Assembly: GCA_041391965.1 (NCBI GenBank) | Contig: JAWKMZ010000003.1 | Coordinates: 68,102-132,101 of the forward strand | From: Gelidibacter sp. | GTDB lineage: Bacteria; Bacteroidota; Bacteroidia; Flavobacteriales; Flavobacteriaceae | Direction of reading: 5' to 3' | Length of the DNA: 64,000 nucleotides | In this document: positions 27,562-35,721 of the stretch, one piece after another | Layout: each line of letters begins with the position of its first letter | Position numbering within the stretch: the first letter of the stretch is position 1 | Translations under genes and position numbers: made by a program | The notes under the pieces: generated by a model | Told to the model about the DNA's origin: nothing | Seen by the model: the letters and a program-made list of their open reading frames with translations, nothing else | Databases searched by the model: none

Positions 27562-30078
27562 TTAAAAGCTAACTCTGATAAACATATTTGGTGTGACGCC
27601 AAGAGCATTTTGAGTTGTGTGAATGAGCATATTTTCATTCGCATCATAAAAACTATTAATGGTATTTTTAGTGTTTAATACATTCCAAAGGGCAACTCCA
27701 ATTTTTGCATTGATATGATGGCATAATTTTAAATTATATAAAGCCGAGACATCAACGCGCATATAATTTTTTAGCCTACCGCTATTTGCAGATTTATATT
27801 GAACTTCATTATTTATAACAGAATTGGACGCTAAAGGTAATGTTGTTGGTTTGCCTGTTTGCCAGTTTATTCCTGTAGCGATTTTTAATTTTTTTCTTGC
27901 ATAAGTAGTTCCTAAGGTAAGGGCATGAGTAATGTCATAATTGCTTGGAAATTGCTTTTCAGTCAAATCATTAAAGGCGTAAGTGTTGTTCATAAATGCA
28001 TAACTTAACCATATATTGAAAGCATTTATTCGTTTTCTCAACAAAAGGTCAATACCATTAACCTCATAAAATCCATTTGTCTTATTTAATTTATATTGAT
28101 TTTGAAAGCCTTGACTTTGCGTTGTAATACCATCTACCTTTTTATAATAACCTTCTATACTACTAAGCCAACCTTGATGATTATAACTAAAGCCTACTGA
28201 AATTTGCTTGCTCGTAATTATAGGAATATCTTTATTGTTTGATAGTTGCCAACGGTATTTTTCTATACCCAAAAAATCATTTTGAAAATTGACAATTTGT
28301 GAAGTGTATTGATGTTTAAGCTCACCAAGGACCTCAACGGTAAAATAATTTAAAAAACGCTGATTGAAACTTATCCGAGGTTCCCATAGTTGTCTTTTAA
28401 ATTTGTTCAAATAATTAAAGCGCACACCAGCATTAAAATGAGTTTTTTTGTTTAAGGAAATATATTTTATTTCTGAAAAACCACTGTGTGTTCGAATAAC
28501 TTCTGATACGAATAAATGATATAATGGATTATCTACATCATCTAAATTTGTGACTTGTGTTTCAACAAAATGGTAGCCACTCTGCAATTGCAGTGTTTTA
28601 TTAATTCTGTAATTTGCTATTGCCTTTAAACTGGTTTCAGAAACGCTGTTTTTTTGAAGAAAGCGTTGAGAGTCTAATATATTGGCATTAATTGATTTGA
28701 GCGTGTAATCAGTTTCATAGACCTCTAAAGTAGTCTTCCATTGATGATTCCATGTACGATTATAAAAGATACCACCAGCTATACTGTTTTGGCTTAAACT
28801 ACTTCTACGAGATACTTCATTGTTATTGATCATAGCATTTTCATTAAAAAGAAGTTCATTGCCTACATTAATAAAGTTAAGTCGCAACTCATCTTTATCA
28901 CTTATTTGATAATTCCATCGCAATGATGTATCATAAAAATCAAAAGCTTTATCAGAATTGATTATACTATTACCATTGGTTTCAACTTCGGTATTTTGTG
29001 AGATGCGTTCAAAAAACTCATGATAGGTTGGGGTTTTTATAAAATCGCTAATTGATTTTCTTGCAGCTATTTGAACTGATGATTTTTTTCCAACAGGAGT
29101 ATCAACAAAGCCATTGATATCAATAAAATTTGCACCAAGACTTCCATTAAAAATTGTATTTACTACATTGTCAGTTTCCATTGAAATTGTACCAGAAACA
29201 CCATCTGTTTGGCTAACGTCTGAACCATTTTTGCGTAAAGTTACCCTTTGTGTGATTTGTGGATTGTACATAGAGATGAGTCCAAAAAAATGTCCAGATT
29301 GGTACATTTTAATATGATCCCAAAGAATTAGGTTTTGGTCGTGAGATCCACCTCTAATATTAAGGTTAGAAACGGTTTCGTTACTGCTTTGAATGCCAGG
29401 AAATGCTTGTACTGACTGAAGTACATCAGTATCTACTACACCAGGCAAAATATCAAAATTAGAAAAATCTATTTGAAAAGAACCATCACTTAGCTTATTA
29501 ATTCCATTAATGATATAATTAGAAATCATTACTTCTGATAAGGATTGAAAGTTGGGAGTTAAATGTATGGTTGTACAAGTTTTTGAATCAAAATCTGAAT
29601 AGGTTAAAGCTGCTGTTTTATAACCCAAATGTCTGATTGTAACCACTTCTGAAATTGTATTGACCAAAAGCTGGAAAAAGCCGTTTTCATCACTAATTGC
29701 GGTGTTTTCTTGCCCTTGTATAGTAACGAATGCTATAGGTGTATTACTGTCTTTATCTTTTAAATAGCCACAAATTAAAAGCCTTTTGGTTTTAGTGACT
29801 AAAACAAAGTTTTCATTATCAATCACAAAAGTTAGCCCTGTTGCCTTTTCAAGATAGGCGAGTGTTTGATTAAAGGTTAAATCTTTAGAAGGTGGAATTA
29901 TATATAAGTCATCTACGCTGTCTTTTGCATAATTGAATTGGTAATGATATTGATTTTGAATTGTTTCCAAAATGCCAAAAAGCGGTTGCTTTTCTGTTTT
30001 ATTCTGAGCATTTATACCCAAAATAAAAAGGAAAAAGAGAAAGACTGATATTGGATACTGTCTATTCTTTATTGTCAT
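27562..30078 (-). CDS. TonB-dependent outer-membrane receptor of the transducer type (N-terminal signalling extension + carboxypeptidase-regulatory-like domain)
   Basis: 838 aa with a signal peptide. STN-like segment (LTFNQTLAYLEKATGLTFVIDNENFVLV). CarbopepD_reg-like segment (ICGYLKDKDSNTPIAFVTIQGQENTAISDENGFFQL). Plug, then a long beta-barrel ending ...NMFIRVSF (terminal aromatic). Its start overlaps the fecR-like gene by 17 nt. Confidence 0.8.
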   Translation of the reverse strand: MTIKNRQYPISVFLFFLFILGINAQNKTEKQPLFGILETIQNQYHYQFNYAKDSVDDLYIIPPSKDLTFNQTLAYLEKATGLTFVIDNENFVLVTKTKRLLICGYLKDKDSNTPIAFVTIQGQENTAISDENGFFQLLVNTISEVVTIRHLGYKTAALTYSDFDSKTCTTIHLTPNFQSLSEVMISNYIINGINKLSDGSFQIDFSNFDILPGVVDTDVLQSVQAFPGIQSSNETVSNLNIRGGSHDQNLILWDHIKMYQSGHFFGLISMYNPQITQRVTLRKNGSDVSQTDGVSGTISMETDNVVNTIFNGSLGANFIDINGFVDTPVGKKSSVQIAARKSISDFIKTPTYHEFFERISQNTEVETNGNSIINSDKAFDFYDTSLRWNYQISDKDELRLNFINVGNELLFNENAMINNNEVSRRSSLSQNSIAGGIFYNRTWNHQWKTTLEVYETDYTLKSINANILDSQRFLQKNSVSETSLKAIANYRINKTLQLQSGYHFVETQVTNLDDVDNPLYHLFVSEVIRTHSGFSEIKYISLNKKTHFNAGVRFNYLNKFKRQLWEPRISFNQRFLNYFTVEVLGELKHQYTSQIVNFQNDFLGIEKYRWQLSNNKDIPIITSKQISVGFSYNHQGWLSSIEGYYKKVDGITTQSQGFQNQYKLNKTNGFYEVNGIDLLLRKRINAFNIWLSYAFMNNTYAFNDLTEKQFPSNYDITHALTLGTTYARKKLKIATGINWQTGKPTTLPLASNSVINNEVQYKSANSGRLKNYMRVDVSALYNLKLCHHINAKIGVALWNVLNTKNTINSFYDANENMLIHTTQNALGVTPNMFIRVSF

Positions 30079-30973
30079 GTATTACAACTTCATTTGCTTT
30101 ATGGATGTCATAGGTTAAATCCATTGGTTGCGTTACGGATTTTAGAGCACTCTCTAAATCATTATGTGTAAAACCTCCAGTAAATAAACGATTATCTGTT
30201 ACTTTAATAAGCGTTATCTTAATATTATATTGTCGTTCTAATTCATCTAAAACTTCACTTAAAGGAACATTATTAAAAGAGCTTTTGCCGTGAGTCCATT
30301 GAGGATCTACAAATGGTGTTGTGTTTTTTTCTTCCTGATTGTTTATGATTCTATATGTATCTCCTGCATATAACGTATTGGTTGCATGGTTTGTTACAAC
30401 TTTTACAACACCTTCATAACATTGCACTTCATAATAGGCGTTGCGTTGCTTTACATTAAATTGAGTACCAACTACTGTAACCACGCCATCGGAAGTGATG
30501 ACATCAAATGTTTTTCCTTTTTGTACTTTAAAATAAGCTTCGCCATTTAATTTGAGCGTTCTGTGATTGTTCCATGTGTTTTTATTAAAGCTAATTTTAG
30601 TTGAAGCGTTTAATGTTACTAAAGAATTATCAGGAAGCTTAACCGTTGTTGTTTCGTGTGCCAAGGTTTTGACTTCAGTTGTATGCATATTAAAAAAAGT
30701 AAAATAAATTCCTAAAGCTATCACAACAATACTTGCAATACGCATAATAGGAGTTAACCAATTTAATTTTTTTATTGGCTTTTTTCGTGATTCATACATT
30801 GCTTTAAATGTTTCAAAATCTGTTTTGTTTTCAGAATCTGAAACTTTAAAGTAGTTGGCATCATCAACAATGGTCTTATAAAACTCATAGTCCTCTAATT
30901 GCTTAAATGCTTTTTCTTCATCAGCAGTTAGGGCATTGTTCAACCATTGCTTTAATAAGTAATCTTTATCCAT
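30062..30973 (-). CDS. FecR-family transmembrane anti-sigma factor / sensor
   Basis: 303 aa. Cytoplasmic N-domain, single TM (IASIVVIALGIYFTFF), periplasmic FecR block (LPDNSLVTLNASTKISF...GEAYFKV...F.V.T....V.V.GT.FNV). Confidence 0.85.
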   Translation of the reverse strand: MDKDYLLKQWLNNALTADEEKAFKQLEDYEFYKTIVDDANYFKVSDSENKTDFETFKAMYESRKKPIKKLNWLTPIMRIASIVVIALGIYFTFFNMHTTEVKTLAHETTTVKLPDNSLVTLNASTKISFNKNTWNNHRTLKLNGEAYFKVQKGKTFDVITSDGVVTVVGTQFNVKQRNAYYEVQCYEGVVKVVTNHATNTLYAGDTYRIINNQEEKNTTPFVDPQWTHGKSSFNNVPLSEVLDELERQYNIKITLIKVTDNRLFTGGFTHNDLESALKSVTQPMDLTYDIHKANEVVIHDNKE

Positions 30974-31019
30974 TGTGGGTTCTTATTTAATTATATAACA
31001 ACTGTTTTTGTATTTCTCC

Positions 31020-31550
31020 TTATTTTATTTTAAAGGATTGTAGTTCTTTTCTTAAAATATCAAAAGCACTATAAATCCTATATTCCACCACTTTTTGTGT
31101 CACCCCCAAAAATTCAGCAATTTCACTGTGTTTTTTGCCTTCAACTTTACTCAATAAAAAAGCGACACGTTGCTCGTCGGTAAGATGGCTCAATACCTTT
31201 TGATATTTTTCAAAATATTGTTCTTTTTCTAAAAGAAATTCAGGTGTTTCGTTGGTGTAGTTTTTATGCCCTAATTGTTGATGCTTTAGCACTACTTTAT
31301 GGTGTTTAACCTCGTTAAGAGCTAAATTATTAGCAACCGTAAATAAAAAAGACTTTGCTTTGTTTAAAGAGACACTTTTGCAATTGTCCCACAATTTAAT
31401 AAAAGCTTCTTGTACTTTATCTTCAGCATCAAATTGAGCTCCATATTTATAATAAAGAAAATTATGCAAGTCTTTTGCATATTTTTTGTAAACCTGTTCA
31501 AAAACAGAAGTTTCGCAAATGTTTGTATGGAGTTCTTTTGGCAAGTTCAA
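31020..31550 (-). CDS. ECF (group 4) sigma-70 family RNA polymerase sigma factor
   Basis: 176 aa. Region 2 (EDKVQEAFIKLWDN) and region 4 HTH (KKHSEIAEFLGVTQKVVEYRIYSA). Directly upstream of the fecR-like gene. Confidence 0.9.
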   Translation of the reverse strand: MNLPKELHTNICETSVFEQVYKKYAKDLHNFLYYKYGAQFDAEDKVQEAFIKLWDNCKSVSLNKAKSFLFTVANNLALNEVKHHKVVLKHQQLGHKNYTNETPEFLLEKEQYFEKYQKVLSHLTDEQRVAFLLSKVEGKKHSEIAEFLGVTQKVVEYRIYSAFDILRKELQSFKIK

Positions 31551-31646
31551 TTATTTAGTTTTCTAAATATATGTAAATATTTTTTAAATTTTTTTCAGGA
31601 GATTTTTAAAGTAGGTTGTTTTAATATAAACAGCAATGCTAAGTAT

Positions 31647-32723
31647 ATGAAAATTAAGAGCCACCTATTTTTTACATGTTGTATTGTTTTTTCTGTCTTG
31701 TTTACTTCTTGTAGAAAAGAAGAAATAGAATTTAAGCAAGCACCACAAGAAGAAACACTCCAAGCAAATTCAAACATTGCATCTTTAATGCAGCGTACAG
31801 CTATGAATGATGGTTCAGTTGATAATATTATTGATAATTCTAACTGTTTTACAGTGCAACTTCCAGTAACCGTTGTGGCAAATGGTTTAGAAATTACAAT
31901 AAATTCTTTAGACGATTTAGATAGCATTGAAGGTGTTTTTGATGAGTTTGATGACGATACAGATGAGCTCGAAATTAATTTTCCAATTACCATTATATTT
32001 AATGATTTTACATCTACTATTATAACAGACAGCAACCAATTGTATAGCTATTCCATCAATTGTAATGGCGAAAATGAGCCTGATGATGATATTGAATGTG
32101 TCGATTTTGATTATCCTATCTCAGCTTCAATTTTTAATGCCAATGAAGAGCTATTGTACAGTATTACATTAACTTCAGATTATCAACTTTATACTTTTAT
32201 TGACTCCATTGATGTGAATGATTTTGTTACAGTCGATTTTCCGATTACAATATCTCTTTTTGATGGTACACAATTGATAATAAGTGATTTAAACGAATTA
32301 GAAACCACCATTGAGAATTATGTCGATGCTTGCGATGAAGACGATGATAACGATTATACTGATGATGATTGTGACACCTGCACACCACTAGAATTCACTA
32401 ACATTTTGACACAATGTACAGATTGGTCAGTTGACAAGCTTAAACGAAACGATACTGATTATGAAGATTATTACATAGGTTATACCTTCAATTTTATGGC
32501 AAATGGAACCTTAACAGCCCAATACTTAGGAAATACATACCCAGGAACATGGACTACTGAAGGTACAGGCAACAATATTACAGTCACTATAAATATTCCT
32601 TCTTTGCCATACTGCAATAGTGATTACTGGATTTTACATGAAATTGAAACTTATTCAGGTGAAACAAAAATTGATTTAAGAGATAGTAATGATAGATTCA
32701 GGTTGGAAAGTAATTGTAATTAA
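31647..32723 (+). CDS. Highly acidic lipoprotein (358 aa) with four internal repeats and a C-terminal lipocalin-like module
   Basis: Start moved to MKIKSHLFFTCCIVFSVLFTSC (ATG 31647; lipoprotein signal); the ORF-track start at 31410 overlaps the sigma gene on the opposite strand. Contains Asp/Glu-rich linkers (DEFDDDTDE, CDEDDDNDYTDDDCDTC). Confidence 0.6.
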   Translation: MKIKSHLFFTCCIVFSVLFTSCRKEEIEFKQAPQEETLQANSNIASLMQRTAMNDGSVDNIIDNSNCFTVQLPVTVVANGLEITINSLDDLDSIEGVFDEFDDDTDELEINFPITIIFNDFTSTIITDSNQLYSYSINCNGENEPDDDIECVDFDYPISASIFNANEELLYSITLTSDYQLYTFIDSIDVNDFVTVDFPITISLFDGTQLIISDLNELETTIENYVDACDEDDDNDYTDDDCDTCTPLEFTNILTQCTDWSVDKLKRNDTDYEDYYIGYTFNFMANGTLTAQYLGNTYPGTWTTEGTGNNITVTINIPSLPYCNSDYWILHEIETYSGETKIDLRDSNDRFRLESNCN

Positions 32724-32771
32724 ACAAAAAGAACAACATTAAACTTTAAATAAACCTAAAACACACAAATT

Positions 32772-33257
32772 ATGAAAAAAGGATTTTTTTATGCCATGTT
32801 AATTATGTTAAATTTTTCACTAATGTCATCAATGTGCTCCTCTGATGACGATGGTGGTTCAAACAACAATAACAGCCAAGTCATTGCTCAAATAGAAGCA
32901 ACAGCAACTGCTGGCACATGGAAAATAACAAGTTTTATAGATTCAGGTCAAGATGAAACCACTGATTTTGCAGATTATAACTTTACTTTTGGAGCCAATA
33001 ATGTGCTTACTGCCAGCAATGGAAGCACTGAGCTTACAGGTGTTTGGTCAATAACCGATTCTAATAACAGTAGTGATGATAGCAACAATGATGATGATAT
33101 TGATTTTAATATCCTTTTTGCAGTGCCAGATACTAATAATTTTGAAGATTTAAATGACGATTGGGAAATAGTTTCCTATTCCAGCACTAAAATAGAGTTG
33201 ATAGACATCAGTGGAGGAAATGGAGGAACAGATACCTTAACCTTTGAAAAAAACTAA
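32772..33257 (+). CDS. Acidic lipoprotein (161 aa) sharing the C-terminal module of the preceding gene
   Basis: Signal/lipobox ...LMSSMCSSDDDGG. WKITSFIDSGQDETTDFADYNFTFGANNVLTASNGSTELTGVWS aligns by eye with WSVDKLKRNDTDYEDYYIGYTFNFMANGTLTAQYLGNTYPGTWT of the upstream protein. Confidence 0.6.
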   Translation: MKKGFFYAMLIMLNFSLMSSMCSSDDDGGSNNNNSQVIAQIEATATAGTWKITSFIDSGQDETTDFADYNFTFGANNVLTASNGSTELTGVWSITDSNNSSDDSNNDDDIDFNILFAVPDTNNFEDLNDDWEIVSYSSTKIELIDISGGNGGTDTLTFEKN

Positions 33258-33348
33258 GCTAGAAATTTAGAAAATTGAAAAAGAAAAATTGATTGGTCAA
33301 ATGCTCTCTCTTTATTAGCCAAAAAACACATTTGACAACTAGCTGAAG

Positions 33349-33383
33349 ACGGCTTCAGCAACTTAAAGTTTGAAGCCGTTTTT
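33349..33383 (+). terminator. Intrinsic terminator after the lipoprotein pair (competes with an upstream hairpin)
   Basis: acggcttca (33349-57) pairs with tgaagccgt (33371-79): 9-bp stem, 13-nt loop, then TTTT(T). The 5' arm can alternatively pair with gctgaag (33342-48). Confidence 0.6.
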
Positions 33384-33432
33384 AAAATTAAAGCCTCAAC
33401 ATAATAAACCTACACATAAAACAAATCTAAGG

Positions 33433-33807
33433 ATGCGTAAATGGATTTTAATAGGATTGTTGGTTATAGCAGGCATTGTGGCTTATAATTACATCTATCA
33501 AGCTCATAGAGATATTAAAAATGAACCTGCTTCGTTCACAGTCTTTGCAAAAGACATAGACAAAGAGTTTGCATTTAACTCAATAAAAGCAGAGCAAAAA
33601 TATTTTAATAAAACCATTGAAATCTCTGGAATAATCTCAACACAAAATGATAAAACACTCACTTTAAACAATGCCGTGTTTTGCCAATTTGAACAGCCCA
33701 TTAAATCTATTAATACTGCTAAAAAACTGACAATAAAAGGACGCTTTATTGGCTATGACGATTTGCTTAAACAAGTCAAATTAGATCAATGTTATATAAT
33801 TAATTAA
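33433..33807 (+). CDS. Membrane-anchored OB-fold (tRNA_anti-like family) protein
   Basis: Start moved to MRKWILIGLLVIAGIVAYNYIY (ATG 33433; N-terminal TM anchor). The pattern F..N...AEQKY.NKTIEISG.I......TL.LNN.V.C.F........KL.IKGR.IGYD is typical of small OB-fold envelope proteins in Bacteroidota. The TTG at 33370 lies inside the terminator stem. Confidence 0.6.
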   Translation: MRKWILIGLLVIAGIVAYNYIYQAHRDIKNEPASFTVFAKDIDKEFAFNSIKAEQKYFNKTIEISGIISTQNDKTLTLNNAVFCQFEQPIKSINTAKKLTIKGRFIGYDDLLKQVKLDQCYIIN

Positions 33808-33827
33808 CCTTAAATAAAATTTGTATT

Positions 33828-34424
33828 ATGAAAAAAACATTACTTCTAATGATGCTTTTTGTAGCATTAAGCATGAATTCGCAAACCACTTACAACCTAA
33901 ATTGGGAGCGTTTTGCAAATGGACCTGAAATGGACATTACCATTGAAATTGGCGATATTGTTGTTTGGACTTGGACCGATGCGTTTCCACATACAGTGCA
34001 AAATGTTGTAGGTAGCTCTGTTGAAACTTTTAATAGTGGTACTCTAACAGGTCTTGGCGAAACCTATTCACATACATTTACTGTTGAGGGGACTAATGAC
34101 TATTTTTGTGGTATTCATGGGGCTGCAAGTATGTCAGGTACCATAACAGTTGTGAATAACTTGAGTGTAGATGATGAAATTTTAAAAAGTTTTAAAATTC
34201 TCAACAATCCAACTAAAAATAGTTTGAATATAGAGTTTTCTCAAAATATTTTTAATGGTCAAGCCATCATTCAAAACCTGTTAGGAAAAGTTGTACTGAC
34301 TCAGGTTATTGACAATGAACAAACACTAATTATAGATGTATCTGCCTTAAATTCAGGATTATATCTCATAACCATCAAAACAGATAATCTTCAGCGTCAA
34401 ACCAAACGTTTTATTAAAAAGTAA
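33828..34424 (+). CDS. Type-1 (blue) copper protein, plastocyanin/pseudoazurin-like, fused to a T9SS type-A C-terminal sorting domain
   Basis: 198 aa with a signal peptide (MKKTLLLMMLFVALSMNSQ). Cupredoxin ligands in canonical spacing: FPHTV (His) and YFCGIHGAASMSG (Cys-x2-His-x4-Met). The C-terminal ~80 aa (FKILNNPTKNSLNIEF...IIQNLLGKVV...SALNSGLYLITIKTDN...KRFIKK) matches the T9SS sorting pattern. Confidence 0.75.
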   Translation: MKKTLLLMMLFVALSMNSQTTYNLNWERFANGPEMDITIEIGDIVVWTWTDAFPHTVQNVVGSSVETFNSGTLTGLGETYSHTFTVEGTNDYFCGIHGAASMSGTITVVNNLSVDDEILKSFKILNNPTKNSLNIEFSQNIFNGQAIIQNLLGKVVLTQVIDNEQTLIIDVSALNSGLYLITIKTDNLQRQTKRFIKK

Positions 34425-34436
34425 CTAAAACAAAAA

Positions 34437-34467
34437 GCTGTTTCGCATGTTGAAGCAGCTTTTTTTT
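34437..34467 (+). terminator. Strong intrinsic-terminator-like hairpin between the cupredoxin and beta-barrel genes
   Basis: gctgtttc-gcatgtt-gaagcagc: 8-bp stem with one G-U, followed by T8 (34460-67). The next ATG (34468) abuts the T-run. Confidence 0.7.
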
Positions 34468-35331
34468 ATGTCTATGAAAATGAATTGTTTAATTATATGT
34501 TGTGCTCTTTTTATGTCGTTATATGCTAATTCGCAAAACGATTTATTAGATGAAATAGATACTGATTCTATTGGCAACCAATATGCTATAGCCACTTTTA
34601 AAGGGTTGAAAGTTGTTAATTTTGAGTCCACAAAGTTAGTCGCAAAAAAGGAATTTACTCTTGTAGTGTCTCACAGGTTTGGAAGTATTGAAAAAGGGTT
34701 TAACAACTTTTTTGGTTTAGATGATGCAGTAACACGATTAAATTTTGTGTATGGTTTGTCAGATGGGTTTAATATCAGCGTTTCGCGTAGCACCTTTCAA
34801 AAAATATATGAATCATCTATAAAATATCGATTGTTGAGGCAAGTTAGCAATGGATTTCCATTCACAGTTGTTGGTTACAATTCTATTCTTTTAAATACTG
34901 CTTTAGAGAAAGATAATTTGCCAAAGTTAAAATTTAAACATCGCTTGGGTTATACGGTTCAGATATTAATATCGAGAAAAATTAACACCAATTGGTCCTT
35001 TGAGATAGCACCAACATTTTTCCATGATAATTATGTGGCAATTGATAATCAAGACAATTCACAATTTGCATTAGGCTTTGGTGGACGATACAAATTGGGC
35101 AAACGTTGGTCATTAAATGCAGATTATGGTTGGCACCTCAATAGGACAAAAGTGTCTCCATTTAGAAATCCTTTATCTATAGGTTTAGATTTAGAAACTG
35201 GAGGACATGTATTTCAAATGCACTTTACCAATGCACAAGCCATGAATACAAATGGGTTTTTAGGTCAGGCTACAGGAAATTGGAGTGATGGCAATATTTA
35301 TTTTGGTTTTAACCTGAGTCGTACTTTTTAA
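34468..35331 (+). CDS. Predicted outer-membrane beta-barrel protein (resembles the DUF5777-type family; recognition from memory only)
   Basis: Signal peptide MSMKMNCLIICCALFMSLYANSQ. Alternating amphipathic strands. TGGHVFQMHFTN block. C-terminal ...YFGFNLSRTF with terminal Phe. The ORF-track ATG 34447 lies in the loop of the preceding hairpin, so I use 34468 (34474 and 34480 also possible). Confidence 0.6.
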   Translation: MSMKMNCLIICCALFMSLYANSQNDLLDEIDTDSIGNQYAIATFKGLKVVNFESTKLVAKKEFTLVVSHRFGSIEKGFNNFFGLDDAVTRLNFVYGLSDGFNISVSRSTFQKIYESSIKYRLLRQVSNGFPFTVVGYNSILLNTALEKDNLPKLKFKHRLGYTVQILISRKINTNWSFEIAPTFFHDNYVAIDNQDNSQFALGFGGRYKLGKRWSLNADYGWHLNRTKVSPFRNPLSIGLDLETGGHVFQMHFTNAQAMNTNGFLGQATGNWSDGNIYFGFNLSRTF

Positions 35332-35340
35332 GTTTTGCAT

Positions 35341-35703
35341 ATGAAAACGATAAATATTTTATTTATAGGTGTAGCTCTAATGAGTATTTCATGCAGCAAT
35401 TCAAGTGAAAGTGATTTAATTGACAACACAGAAATTCCTAATTTGGTAACATATACTTCAGATGTTAAGCCCATCATCAGTAATAATTGTATTTCTTGTC
35501 ATACGAATCCACCAGAAAATGGTGCTCCAATGTCTTTGCTCATGTATAACAATGTAAAAGACGCTATACTAAACAGAGGATTAATAAACAGGATATCATC
35601 TGAAGACTTAGGCTTTTTGATGCCATTTGGAGGTCCAAGATTGCCACAAAATCTTATTGATGTCATAATACAATGGGAAGCTGACGGATTGTTGGAAAAC
35701 TAA
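35341..35703 (+). CDS. Small lipoprotein with a single c-type haem-binding motif (PSCyt1-like)
   Basis: MKTINILFIGVALMSISC (lipoprotein signal). VKPIISNNCISCHTNPPENGAPMSL contains CxxCH. Downstream FLMPFGGPRLP and IIQWEADG resemble planctomycete-type cytochrome c domains. The ORF-track start is TTG 35335; ATG 35341 is preferred. Confidence 0.6.
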   Translation: MKTINILFIGVALMSISCSNSSESDLIDNTEIPNLVTYTSDVKPIISNNCISCHTNPPENGAPMSLLMYNNVKDAILNRGLINRISSEDLGFLMPFGGPRLPQNLIDVIIQWEADGLLEN

Positions 35704-35721
35704 TTTATAAATAATTATATT

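Noticed and set aside
31410-31646. N-terminal 79-aa extension of the acidic lipoprotein ORF
   Set aside because: It overlaps the ECF sigma gene on the opposite strand and the intergenic promoter region. The internal ATG at 31647 gives a canonical lipoprotein signal peptide.
33370-33432. TTG-initiated extension of the OB-fold protein ORF
   Set aside because: The TTG lies within the 3' arm of the terminator hairpin, and the extra 21 aa are basic and low-complexity. ATG 33433 starts directly at the membrane anchor.
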